Shown piece after piece: positions 13,283-26,384 of a stretch of 64,000 nt of DNA. The translations under genes were made by a program, and so were the position numbers. This DNA is from the human T2T-CHM13v2.0 reference genome, Homo sapiens: the NCBI RefSeq assembly GCF_009914755.1, contig NC_060935.1; one strand, given 5' to 3'. The notes beneath the pieces were generated by a model. It saw only the letters and a list, made by a program, of their open reading frames with translations. It was not told where the DNA came from and searched no databases. Numbering within the stretch: the stretch's first letter is position 1; each line of letters begins with the position of its first letter.

Positions 13283-16200
13283 AATAATTAGGATTTTAAT
13301 GTAAATATTAATATGTATTAAAAGAAGATACAGCCCAACAAACCTGTAATTTCATGGCTAATACTGATTTGCATGAGGTTGGGTAAAAAGGTAAACCAAT
13401 TTAAAGAGAAATATTATGTAAATAATAATACTGTTAATATAAAGATCCGGGGTAAGTCACACAAGAAAAAAAAATACATTCTAGGAATATAAAATGCACA
13501 CGAGAGGTTTCCTGTCCTCAAAAAGCTTACAGCTTAAGGGCTGTGCAGATCAAGAATGAGCAAACAAATGAAATACCCCAAGTAAGAGTTCAGAAACATG
13601 TATGTTATATTCAAGAAGAACAGTGCTAAAAGTCCCTCTCTTCTTGGCTCTTTTAACATGTATCACATATAAAAGCTCTTTAAAAATAAATGAGTTTAAC
13701 AATTGTCATGCTGAGTTGTAACATAAGCTGATTTGCAAGTCCTTGTATAGTGGCATGTTAGAGATTTTATGTTAAATCTTCTCTTTGAATTATCCAGGAA
13801 ATCATTATTTTCTCACCTTTATTTCCTTTATAGGAAACTAAGAAAACAAAGGTTTCTGCTGGTTTAACAGCCAAATCACTCAAGACACTTGGAGCAAAAC
13901 AAGGAACAATCTACTTAAAACTGTAAGATCCAGGAACGCTAAATAGTTTTAGACTTCAGCAAGTATCATCCTTAGAGATGGTACACGTGACAAGAATAAG
14001 CTGAATTTGCATTTGAAAATAGAGTGAAACAAACCAAGTCTCCCTTTAAAGGGAAATGGGTAGCAAAATAGGGAAGAAAAAGAAAAGGACTTTACATGTA
14101 TTCCCAAGGAAAATCACAGACTCCTTAAAAGCTCTCACAATAGGCTAGCCCTTCTTAAAACTCTGACATATCTTAAAACAAAAGTCTTATTATCATCTCC
14201 TAACTCATACAATGTATTAACTTTTGCTTCTTTAATCTATTTTAAAGTTGTCTTCCTGCATGATTCTTCTATAACATTTTAACAGTAAACCTGCATCATG
14301 TCAAAATTTATCTGTACATAGTATTAGTTTAGATAAATAAACAGGTAGATAGCTACAGGCAACTGAAGCTATGTTGAAAGGGATCGAATGCTATCCATGC
14401 CCAGGAAGCGTACAGCTCTATTTCAGAAATGTACAAAAGGAGAATATTCAATGCGAAAGGAAATACATAAAACAGAATAAGTGAAAAGGTAACCAGCAGT
14501 TACATTCTCTGAAATACAGTGAGATATGCTTCTATAGTTTGGACCATACAAGGTAAGAGCATGTTAATGGCTAATTAGGATCCTGTATTAGCTAATAGGC
14601 AAGAAGAATAAAGCTTCAAGACCATATCACAAAAATCACTGTCATACTGACATTCATTCCAAGTGTCGCTACAGCATCGATTTTCTTAGAAGCTTTATGA
14701 TTCAGCTGCCTTTGAACCACAGAGCAATGCCCACCTGCATCAGTGGCTAAGTACAGCTGTAGAACAGACAGACGTGGCAGACTTTAAAAATTATCTTTTC
14801 CCCCCATGACTTGCTTAGAAAATATGCACAGTGCAAAAAAGTTTATAAAAATTGGGTTGGAATTTTAGAGAGTCTCTAACAGAGTTTCTTAGGAATTTCT
14901 GAAACACAGATTTTATTAAAATCCCCTGTCTTCTGTTAACCCAAATGGCTGATCTTTATTCTGGTTCTTTTGCATCTGAATTTTTAAGTTAATCATCCTT
15001 AATTACCTTTCATAGCAAGAGCCAATAGCAAAGGACTGAAAGAAACAGGTTGGAAGCTCAGTAGATCCTAAGGTTTCCCTAAGAGCTCCTGGAAAAAAAA
15101 AAAAATTGCAACTGATCTTCATCTGTGTAGAGAAACACAAATCCCAGGGTCACTGCCACTAAATCGGCAGACCAACGTGATGAGCACTGCCATCAATATG
15201 GCTATTCTACCTTGACTTTTGAATGTCAAAAATAATATGGACAGAATTGACTAAGCAGTCTCCGAGGTACTGCCTTTAAAATTTTTAACTTCATGGCCAT
15301 TAAATATTGAACAGATAATTGGATTTATCCCCTTCAGTGCTTTATGGATGTACAAAGTACCTACCTTCTCCTGTTTTATTCAAATTAATGGTGCTCTTTT
15401 AAAGTGTCTGCCCTGAGTGCACACTATAGCCGACTCATTAAAAGGATGCTTCATCTTCTGCTTACCAACTCTTTTCTCCATTTGCAGTGAGAGGGCAAAA
15501 ACCACACTCAAACCCACATTGACAGTTAAGGGCAAATCCATTGAGAGTCACCCTTAAACCTAGACTCTTCCCTCCCTAAACTCAAGTACACAGTGTGATT
15601 TGGCAGTCGATTGGCTGTTATCACAGAAAACCACAACACAGAATCCATTCATTCTGTTTTTAATTAAAACATTTACAAATGCTTCTTTGCAACTGGGTAG
15701 CTTACTGCTACATTTTAAAATCAAGTTTGAAGAACACAGGGATGCCAGTACCTCTCTAGAGGATTAGCCAAGTGAAACCCTGGATTGTGTATTGGACAAG
15801 GAAAAAATATATACCCATGGAAAGGCTGTGCAATTCACACTTGTGATAAGGCATTTCTATCAAGTATGACTAACACCTACAAACGTACAGTCTGAAAATA
15901 ACTCTGGTGGAGGTGTTAGTGGAAAGGGGTTAATGGAAATAATGTTTTCATTTTAAACAATATAAATCCACAACTGGCATTCCACTGGCCCGTGACCTCC
16001 CTTTACCCAATCCTTGTTCAAGTCATTTGCTAGTGTAATTGAAACCTTCTTTGAGAGTCTTTAGATTTCATTTCATGTTTTGGGGACAATACAGCTAAAA
16101 GACATTTACCATCCATCTTTCTTAACATTCCTAATCTAAATAGAAGACCCAAATCTAAGACTGTGCTTTTGATGGATCACTCGCCTCCCTATACAGTAGA

Positions 16201-17523
16201 GCTTAAAGAGATCCTATTATTGTTTTCAGAACCCTTACAGAAAACATACATTCATACTCATTTTAGTTTTTACCACCTAGCCACCTAGCTGAACAGCCTT
16301 TATTTGTAAAATGTGCTTTCCAAAAAAAAAAAAAACAGATTTTCAATTAAAAATTTCAAAAGAACAAGTTAGAAACAACTGACCCATTAAATGCAGATGG
16401 GAAAAAAGGCTTAACAAGATAACACACTAACAAATACACAAAATTGTGGAAATAGGATTTGCTGCTCCTGAGTACAATGCTAAAAATATTCCAAAGCTTT
16501 TTCTATGTGTGAGTACTTCTAATACAGGTCTCCATCTGTTCATTTCTCTCAAGAGTTGAAACAGACAATAAAACAATGCCTCCAGCCAGCCAGCAAATGC
16601 CTTCACTATGACTCTACTAAGGGACATGCATCTGAGAATCATCTCAATTATTCTATTACATATTTGAAAATATGATTTTTACTTTATGTTTGCCTTGGAA
16701 TGTATACAAAGTCTGTCTAATAAGAAGTGGACCAATTCATAATTTATAACAAGAAAATGTAAAGGATTAAAGAAAAAAAAAAAAAAAAGCCCGCCACAGG
16801 TACATATTAAACTGGGGCTAACTTAATCAAGATTTTGCAATCTGCCAGAAAATTCCTCCCAAATATAAGTAGATAAAGCCTTAATTTCACCACTCAAATT
16901 GACTGCCCAGACCAGCTAACTGGCTGCACAAAGGCAGCCTCCCTTCATCTAAATTTCTAAGTTCTTTGACTTAACAAAAGTCACAACTGACCAGTATAAA
17001 AAATAGAAGCAAAGCTTGCTGACAGCTCCCTAGACTCTACCTTTCTAGTATCTTTGGTGTTCAAGCTACTTTATTTCTTCCCTGCATTGGGATTTCCTGT
17101 ATAAGAACAGGATAAAACTGAACACATTCAGATATTAAGATTACTTGAGTTACCTCTAACAAAATTACCTGCTGGAATGAAAGAAGCAATTTTGAAGTTT
17201 GTTGCCACCCTTAATTCTACAAATCAAGATCTGTCCTAGAACACCATTTCACCTTAACCTGTCTGGCAGTTCATTAAGTCATTCAGGATTAACTGTTGTG
17301 AGTCCATCATTCCACAAACCCGTTGTAATTTTGAAAAAGAAAAGGACATGAGACTATTGCATGGGCAAAGTCCATAAATTCCAAATATTAAAAAAGAAAG
17401 CTTATATATCTGACCACAACCCTAAGTGGGAGGAACACTTATATCCTATGCAGAGCTGGAATATATGTCAGCCTTTATATTAAATGTATTTTTAAGTCTT
17501 ATTGTTAAAAAAACAAAGACACA

Positions 17524-17966
17524 TGTCTTAGTCTATTTTCTGTTGCTTATAACAGAATACCAGAAACTGGGTAATTTATAAAGAAAAGGAATTAATTTCT
17601 TACAGTTATGGAGGCTGAAAAGTACAGGGTCAAGGAGCCACATCTGGTGAGAGCCTTCTTGTTTGAAGGAACTCTCTGCAGAGTCCCAGGACGGCTCAGG
17701 GCATCACATGGTGAAGGGGCTGAGTCCGCTAGCTCAGATCTCTCTTCCGCTTCTTATAAAGCCACCAGTTCTACACTTCTATTATAACCTATTAGTCTAT
17801 AACTCATTAATCCACTAATCCATGAATAGATTAATCAATTCATGAGGGCAGAGCCCTCATGACCCAGTCACCCCTTAAAGGCTCTACCTCTCAATACTGC
17901 CTGCCATACTGGGAATTAAGTTTCAACATGAGTTTTGGAGGAGACAAACATTCAACCAAAGCAACA
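17524..17966 (-). mobile_element. MaLR solo LTR, MST-type (MSTC/MSTD-like)
   Basis: tgtcttagtc...ctgggtaatttataaagaaaagg...cttacagttatggaggctg...catgagggcagagccctcatgacc...tttcaacatgagttttggagg...acattcaacca. Confidence 0.85.
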
Positions 17967-18399
17967 TGTGATCAAGAGCTTAACCCTTGAAAAATGCATA
18001 TAGTTGATATACCCACTATTCAAAGATGTTTTCAAAGTTAAACTAGAAGAGTGGGAACTAATGAAATTTATCACCAGTAAGCTAGCATCAAGAAGTAAAA
18101 TATAAAAACAACAACAACAACCAAGTAGCAACAGTGTATGGAAGCAGGGAACATAACCCATTGTACACAGACAAAGGGGCTAAGCAAGCCTCTGTCGTGA
18201 AGTGCCTGTCACTTGCCTTATCTGTGAACCAAACATCTCTTATTTTCTACTATACAAAAAGCTAAGGCTGGTCACAAGAATCAAGGGTTGCTTTTCTTCT
18301 CTTTGAATATCTAATAAGTATGCTTGATTAAAAAATAAAGTTGATCATTTTAAACTTGAAGAGATGAACCCCATTTGCTATAAATAAATGACCAACTTC

Positions 18400-20435
18400 T
18401 AGCAGTAATACATGTCTCAGTATACCTTTATACAGAGTTTTGAATTTGGAAAGCATATTAGTGTTCCACATATTCAAAAAATAAAATTAATAAACAAAGA
18501 TGGGAAAGATAAAAACCTAAAATTGAAAGGAAAATGAAGCAAAGGGAAAATGAAGCAAAGGGAAATTGTACTTCAAATTAAAAACATAACCACTATGAAG
18601 AGAGGTGAGAAAAAGAATAATATAAGTTACGAACTCAAAATTTTACTATCTACCCTATTCTAAGAAAGTGTGGAGGGAAAACATGTCCTGAACTTTTTAG
18701 TAGGTCTTTTTCTGTAGTAGTATGGGTGACATAATTTGAATCTATTTTTAGATGTATTAAAGGACTGAGTAAATGAACAAATGTGTTAGGCAGCAGGGTT
18801 TTCACTGTGGAAGAATAATACATTATAGAATGGAGATAAGCATTCTCTGTGAAAATGGTTTGAACTTGGAAGTATTAGTGTGAACTCACAATTCCTAAAA
18901 TATGTGCTTGTGTATGCACACATGCATGTGTGTGTATATTATTTTTCCTGTCTCCTAAAAAAGGCCTAGAATCAAATCTACCCTGTTAGTAAGCAGCACA
19001 CCTAGCACCCCAATATTGGTTTCTAATACCTTTCTCCTCTAAAAAAAAAACAAACAAACAAACAAAACTACCCAAAAAACAAAAACAGAAGTCATCAGAG
19101 AAATGGTTGATTACAGGGCTAGGGCAGGGAAAGGACAAGATAAGCCTAGCACATCTCACACCAGAAAAAGTTAGTGCTGAGAAAATGATGGGAGCATATT
19201 AGAAGAACACAAGAGACAATCTAAAGGGGCCCCCACCAATTAAATCTAGGACAATTTGAGCACCAAAATAATTAAGAAAAGTAGTGAACTATACACCACT
19301 AAAAAGGGGAGTCTATAAGTCAATACGACTGACAGACAGGCAGACAGACAGATAGATGGATAGACAGACTGACAGACAATGAGAGTGGGTGGGTGGATGG
19401 GTGGATGGGTGGATGAATGGATAGAAAAATTCTTTATAGGAGAATGCTAACTACTGACTGGTAAAGGTTGATGAAGTGTTATAGTTGGAAAATCACCATA
19501 GAAAAGACTGGTTCAAGCAAGGATCATCAATAGATGTTAAATCTAAGGGGTGAGTTTTGAAGAGGAACAAGATATTTGCATGCTCTTAAAGTGCCTTCCC
19601 ACGGATTGCTTATTAGTTGTAAGGGTTAATATAGTAACTATACAGTAGAAAAATCAGGCAATGCCCTGATCAGATAACCAAAATTACTATCACCAACAAA
19701 GGGTAGAAGGACATTGGGTACCTCTGGATGTAATAGTGTAATCTCCAGAATAATAGTGAAGGACATGTTACTTCAGTATTATTCTGGTTGGGAATACACA
19801 GCCTTAATCTCATCATGACAAAACATCAAACTCAAAACTTTTTTACCTAAAAAATAAAAGAGGTGGGGGAGTTCTGTATATTTTTTAATGTCAATGTCAC
19901 AAAAGACAAAGAAAGCCTGAAGAACTGTTCCCCATTAAAGTAGATTGAAGAGACATAACACCTAGATGCAATATGTAATCCTGGACTGGATCTTGCACTG
20001 TAGGGAGGAAAATTGCTATAAAGGATATCATTAGATCAACTGACCAAACTGAAATATGGAGAATGCTGACAGAAGATTAGATAAAAGTATTATGTCAATG
20101 TTAAATTTCCTGAAGCTAATAATTATACCATAGTTACATAAGAAAATCTTATTCTTCGGAAATATACTCTGATGTATTTGGAGGCAAAAAGACATGGTGG
20201 ATGCAACTTACCCTAGAATGGTTCAGAAAAAATGCACAGAGAAAGATGGAAGGGAAAAAGATAAAGAAGGAAGGAGTGAAAAAGACAGAGGGAGAGTTCA
20301 CAGACACAAATGATAAAGCAAATGGAACAAAATGTCAATAAGAGGCGAATCCGTGTAAAATGAATACGGGTATACATTGTACTATTTTTGCAACTTTTCA
20401 GTAAGTTTGAAACGATTTCCAAATAAAAAATGTAA
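18400..20435 (+). mobile_element. L1MC-type 3' region
   Basis: L1M 3'UTR motifs (agaaatggttgattacagggctagggcaggg; cctggactggatcttg; aatgttaaatttcctga; gcaacttttcagtaagtttgaaa.atttccaaataaaaa). Confidence 0.75.
19325..19425 (+). repeat. (GACA)n / (GGAT/GGGT)n microsatellite
   Basis: Seen directly. Confidence 0.85.
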
Positions 20436-20499
20436 ACAACAACAACAGACAAACAAAACAATGTCTTCACTCACACAGCCTTGTGAATTTAAAATAACA

Positions 20500-20960
20500 T
20501 ACACGGTGTTCCTAATCTCATAACTTTATTTCTGGAAATATCACCTCAATGTGGAAAAAGTCATATGTGCAAAGATATTTGTCAAAGCATTGTTTATAAA
20601 AGCAAGCAACTTGAAAATACCACATGTAGTTTTCAAAAACTGAGGAGAATGGTTAAATTATGCTATGTAAATTCCAAAGAACATTATGCAGTATTTAAAT
20701 GTGTTTACAAAAGTTTATAACAATTGAAAACACATGACATGATATTAAGTGCAAACAACAGGACTAAAGATGATACATATAGCATGATCACAACTAAGTA
20801 AAACAGGCAGATAAAAGGAAAAACCTTAGACAAAAATGCCTATAAAGAAATCCAAGAAACTATCAATATTGGTCATCTGTTCCTAGGAGATGGTTCATGG
20901 ATGATTTTTTTTCTCTTCTACTAATAATTAATTAGATATATAATCTAATAATTATATAAT
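20500..20960 (+). mobile_element. L1ME-like fragment
   Basis: atatgtgcaaagatatttgtcaaagcattgtttataaaagcaa...gaatggttaaattatgcta. Confidence 0.5.
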
Positions 20961-21390
20961 ACAAAAGAAGCTTTATTCTTTAAATTATAGAAGTTAGTAG
21001 GAATAAGTTACATTTACTTATCTTCAGGAACACCTGTTATGTAAGTAAATTATACTGTGGATGTGCGACTATCAAAATCGAATCTGAGCTACTTGTAGTC
21101 TCAAAGATGGGAACTAAAACAGAGAAGTCATAGTCATACTAGGAGACAGTCGTAAGTGGTACTTATTTAGAGTTGTGCATCCACACATTCATGAGCCATT
21201 AATGCCTCTTTTCTCCTTATTCTGAGCCATCAGAGGATAGTGGGATTACTGTGTACCCTCCCATCCCACCTCCCCCCATGTCACAGGAGAAAAAAGGAAA
21301 AGCAGTGGTGCTTACAAAGATGGAGCATGTGACAGTGGCTTCACTGATTTCAAGCTATTAATTTTTGAGCTAAACAGTCACATTTCTTAC

Positions 21391-21486
21391 CACTCCTGCT
21401 CAGAGTATATGTTCAAGCTGAAATTCTCCAATATTCTACAAGTCGAACTGGACAAGCCCAATTATATTGGGAAATGGTGATATTCA
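21391..21486 (-). other. Candidate 96-nt non-coding/cryptic exon
   Basis: Minus: ...ctccctctctctcag|TGAATATC...CAGGAGTG|gtaaga; stop codons in all three frames; no ATG. Confidence 0.3.
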
Positions 21487-21487
21487 C

Positions 21488-21668
21488 TGAGAGAGAGGGA
21501 GAAGGGGAAAGGGTTGGGGGGCAGGGAGGAGAGGGAGGAAGGGAGGCGAGAGAGAGAAGGAGAGAGGAAGTGTAGAGGAATATAGGAAGAAGAGAAGTAG
21601 GGGACAGAGGGAGAGAAGGAGAAAAGCAGGGGAGAGACTGAGGCAGAGAAAGAAGGGTAAGAGAAAAC
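21488..21668 (+). repeat. GA-rich polypurine low-complexity tract
   Basis: About 180 nt of almost pure G/A on +. Confidence 0.9.
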
Positions 21669-22443
21669 ACCTGTGCTTTGAAAAACTAAGTGACAATGAT
21701 CAGATGTAAGTGTTTAGTTAACTGAAAGGCTGAAAGGAAAACTGAAACAGCACCACCATTCATTTTCTAATAGGTTCCCGGAGTCACCAGCAAAAGGTTA
21801 GGCTACTCTTAAAAAAAAAAAAAAAAAGGTTGGGGGAGGGTGGGAGTATTAAGAGAATAGTGTATAGCAAAACAAAAGAGGAAGTTTCTAGATTAAACAA
21901 TTATTACAGCTCAGTTCCTGTTTAAGACCTTCACATTTGTGAGCATTTAATTGTATTTATTTCTAAATGTACCCTGGTTTGAGTAATCTTGAACTATGAA
22001 TCTCATAAACTCAGCCAATAAAATAATTAAAATTCTTTTGCCAAGTTGATATGTATGAAAAAGTCAAACACTTCATTTAAAACTTATGTGAGGCACATTC
22101 ATAAGAATACACTAATTTCTCATTCAGATTTCAAATTGAATCCATTTAATGACTGCCGATAGCAAAGCAATAGAAATGCACAGAATAGTCATGCAATCGA
22201 CAATTACCCAAAGTTCCTCTCATGTTTTATGAATCAACAATTGTCTCCTAACTTGTGAAAGAAATCAGTGTGAATTAGCGTCTAGAATCTTATAACCTGT
22301 CTGCATTAAACTATAAAAAAAATGAGTACAATTAGACATACAATTTAAAGAATTCATCAATTTAAATGAACAAAAATAAAGAACTTCTCTGTGATCTCAT
22401 GTTCCTTTTCAAGACAACACACTCTCAGGGCTGTCTGGTTTAC

Positions 22444-22632
22444 CACTATTTCTTCTTTACATTCATGTTCTTTATCAGCAAAACGATTACAATGGTCTTT
22501 CAGACTTGAGTGATGAATGACAAAACAACACAGTTCCATTCTAAAATGTGAATGGCCGTGGAGCACAGCTCCAAAAACGAACTGCAATGGTTATGCCAGA
22601 GAATAAATAACATCCAGCAACAGAATCAAATT
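22444..22632 (-). other. Candidate 189-nt exon
   Basis: Long pyrimidine tract then ttaattttag|AATTTG...; weak donor GTG|gtaaac; internal agaATGG. Confidence 0.18.
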
Positions 22633-23209
22633 CTAAAATTAAGCAAGAAAAAGAAGTAGAAATAAAAGGAGAAGGAGGAAAAGGCAAAAGAGAAGAGGAG
22701 GAGGATGCGGGAGGGAGAGAGGAATCCAGAAATTTCAACACCTGCATCATGAAAAATGTTTTTTCCTTTTTCCCCAAAACAAAACAACACTAGCACTTAC
22801 TGCAAGACAGATTATTTCTCACCAGGTGGTGAAGAAATCTCACTCCACCCTCAGATTCACACTGACAAAACTTCTCTTACAGCTATGCACATTCTGACAT
22901 ACAAAGGCCACAAACTCAGTGCTCTGGTGCTACAGCTGGTGGAGCCTGATTAAAGGCAGAGTTCCCGCCCATGCATGCAGACAGGAAGATCAACTTACAG
23001 ACCCCTTCAACAGTGTACAGCAGGGCTCTGGACCAAGGTGATTCATTTTAGCTATCCTAAAAAGGAGATCACCCACAGAGCACAGAATTAAATCTGTGTT
23101 ATTAAAAAAACAAAATATCAGGCCCACACTAACAATATCACCACAAAGAACAAATATTTCTATACAAGAAAAACAACAAGTCGTTTCTGTTCACATGTCA
23201 TATTCTCAT

Positions 23210-23465
23210 TACAGCCAGTCCTAACCATCCCATTTAAAATTGTAATCCTTTCCCTAGTACTCCTAGTCCTTCTTACCTTGCTTATTTTTTTCCATAGTTG
23301 CTGTCATTCTTAAAATACTATACAATTTGTTCATTTATTGTGTTAATTGTTTATTTCTTACTCCCCACTCAAATATATGTTCTATGCAGGGGGAGATATT
23401 TGTCTATTTACTCCAGTGCCTGGCACGTAATAGATACTCAATAAGTGTCTGTTAAATAAATGAAT
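23210..23465 (+). mobile_element. L2 3' end
   Basis: cagtgcctggcacgtaatagatactcaataagtgtctgttaaataaatgaat. Confidence 0.8.
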
Positions 23466-23499
23466 CATTCATTAAGTTCAATGATTTCTTAAAGCTTTT

Positions 23500-24540
23500 C
23501 CTATTCAAGCAGAAAAGGCAAAAATTAGGCAGAGAATTTCTAAAGAGTTATAATAGGACATATAAAGGCTTATTACCTCTACTCTAAAAAGCCTATTTAC
23601 ATTGATTAAACACCACACAGACACACATATACGTACACATTAAACATTGATTCAGAAATGGGTTAAAGAACCTAAAACCCTACTGAAAAGAAAACCAAAT
23701 GGTTAATAAACTTTTGGAGGAAAACAACCTCGCTGACAGCAAATAAACACAAATTAAAGCAAAATTATATTTTTCCTCTGCATAATTATCAGATACTTTA
23801 AAAACTAACATTCGCATTCCCAAACACAAATGACCATGTGGTGAGATGGTCATTTCCAGCCAGGAGGAAGGAAATCAAGACAACCATTATCTGACCCAGG
23901 AATTTCAATTGTGAAACCTGCAAAGAAACACTATATAATAGAGGCAAAGATCAAATACAAAGATATTCATGAAAGCAGTATTTACAATAGCAAAATTCTG
24001 GAAAAATCTAGAGGATTAAAAGTGGTGAAACAAGCCAGGCACAGTAGTTGTGCACCTGTAGTTCGCATGTGCTCAGAAGGCTGAGGCTCCTGGGCCCAGG
24101 GAGGATCTCTTGGGCCAGGAGCTCAGGGCTGTAGTATGCCATGCTTGCACCTGTGAATAGCCACTGCAAACCAGCCTGGGCAACATAGCGAGACCCCATC
24201 TCTTCCAAAAAAAAAAAAAAAAAAAAAAAAGGAGAAATAGCCCATTCAATTATGATACATCCACAAAATTAATTATTATATAGTCTTTAAAACATATGCT
24301 TGAAGAATATTTACAAAGACAGAAGACTGCAAATAATACAATATTAAATAAATAAAAACAAGAAGAGTCTAATCTGAACTAGGCATGGTAATATGCATGG
24401 AAGGTGAAAAATATTAATATCAAGAATATTTTTCTCTGAGTGGTAGGATTATAGCTGAATTTTATCCTCTAAACTATACTTTTATGGATTATCTTTTTTA
24501 TCAACATAAAGATATTCTACCTTTAGAATTAGAAAAAAAT
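23500..24540 (+). mobile_element. L1ME-like fragments
   Basis: tgacccaggaatttca; caaagatattcat...agcagtatttacaatagcaaaa; tctctgagtggtaggattatag. Confidence 0.55.
24033..24230 (+). mobile_element. FAM (fossil Alu monomer)
   Basis: FAM-diagnostic gggctgtagt...cacctgtgaatagccactgca...cagcctgggcaacatagcgagacccc followed by an A tail. Confidence 0.85.
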
Positions 24541-26229
24541 TTTAAATGAAACAGATTTCACAGAAGACTGAAGGAAAGAAAGACTTAATAGAAAAGTTGG
24601 GATAAAATATACTTTTCGGGGTTGTCATTAATCAAACAGAAGAATGAAGTCTTAGTAAATAAAGTATTAGAAAAAAGAGCAAATGTTAACAGTATCTGAA
24701 AAAAAAAAAACATAGAGGTAGCATTTTTTAAAAACAGAATGCATTCTTATTCCCCTATTAAAAAAAAATCCACAGCTCTGAATAACCTTATAGGGTCCAT
24801 TCATTCCAAAATTATCTCATTAAAATTTGTATCTTAAAATTCAATCTGAAATTTGACAAGGGATCTTTTCAGTTTTAGTTCCTAATCCACATAGCTATGA
24901 AAGAGGAACAAACCTGAAAAAAATGAGAAAATACAAAGCATTATGGCATTAGCACTGTCCTTACCATGAATAGAAACTAAAGTTACTGATAATAAATGGA
25001 CTTTTCAATAAATCAGCCAAATACAGAGTCACCGACCACGGTAATAAATCATCTGCTATGAAAAGGCTGAATTTATTGAAGAAAAAAAAAGAAAACAAAA
25101 AACCTTTCTGGATGGTCAGAAGAAAAAACTACCCAAGCTCTTAGGGAAGCCCTTTTTCATAGTATGTACAGGTAGAGTAATCATTTTGACTATCTAAAAC
25201 AAATTCAAACATTTAGAACAAAGACAATGGTTGTGCTTACAGATCTAGATCTACAGACTTAACATCTGCACATGCTCATTGGAAATCTACAAGGCAGTGT
25301 CAACAGAAATATTAACATCCTTTGCAGTCATCTTACAGCACTGCTTTATAAAATTACATCAGATCTCTATCTAAAGCAAGTATTAGAGCTATCCATAGAT
25401 GCAGTAAAAGAGAATGTGAAGGAAAAGTAAGAAAATTCAAGCAAACCTATTACTTTTCTTTTAAGCTCAAATATATTTCTTAAGGCTAAACATCAGAAGC
25501 AAGATGCTTGGATACCAACACTTTCCTTTATGACTTTAGCTTTCTATCTAGCTCCAGAGGGAAAATCATGTTTACAAGAACCACGAGACATGTGAAAAGC
25601 AATAACCAAGATAAATGAAAAAAAAAATGCCGGGTTAAGTTTTAGTCAGAACTTTATTGCAAAGGTAGTTTGTTTTATGAGATGAAGAAATCTACTTCTC
25701 GTCTTCTCTAGCGTTACATATTGAAAAACGAAAACATGATTAAACTATTCTTTTAATGTCATCTTATTTATAAAGAGCTTAAGGAAAACAATCTGCATGC
25801 AGACTGAGCACACTACAGAGATGGTGCATAGTGTGGAACCCAATGTCAAAAACTAAAGTTCAATTTCCAGTGCTAATCAAGTTTCTGAAACAGGAGCTCT
25901 GTTGATTTCCCTACGAGCCACATGACTTTGTTTTATAGTCTTGATGCAAAATTTCCTAAAATTTTGAAGCCAATTTTTTTAAAAAGTAGAAAATAAAAAA
26001 ACAAAACAAAACGCTAGAGATAATTAATGTTCATCCATTATTCATTCCAAAAGAAAGGGAAAAATTCGTGGGTCAGAGATTGATTACTTTTATAGCATGT
26101 TCTTATACAGAGGAAATGAGACTTGGCATAAAGTAGGAAGGGGCACAACAGATTTATAAAAATCAAATACACGTGTGATATTTAGACTTGCCTTTGATAG
26201 TTCAATTTTCAGCTATTCATATATAGAAA

Positions 26230-26384
26230 GCAGAAAGCAAACTTGTCTGTATATTAGAATCACTTAAAGATATTTTTTAAATGCCAAAGCCCAAACCACA
26301 CCCCCAAACAATTAGATCACAATCTTTGGGGGTGACAGCAGGCATTCAGGATTTCTTGATGCTCTCCAAGTTTGGGAATCATTG
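26230..26384. mobile_element. MER5-like element
   Basis: tattagaatcactt...tttttaaatgcc...ccacacccc...aatctttgggggtg...ccaagtttgggaatcattg. Confidence 0.65.

Noticed and set aside
17585-17602. Mutated poly(A) signal in the sense-oriented MST LTR as evidence of selection
   Set aside because: The antisense MLT1 LTR also has a decayed signal (aataca), so neutral decay explains it.
18529-18560. Perfect 16-bp tandem duplication (ggaaaatgaagcaaag x2); similar 22-bp duplication at 59367-59410
   Set aside because: Ordinary slippage duplications, not CRISPR-like (no spacers, only two units).
19840-19865. ttttattttttag|gtaaaa AG|GT junction on minus
   Set aside because: Weak donor inside an L1 remnant; not a convincing recursive site. 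The same applies to AG|gtagtg at about 38280 and about 49818.
21413-21696. Ser/Leu/Pro-rich ORFs on minus
   Set aside because: Artefacts of the CT-rich low-complexity tract.
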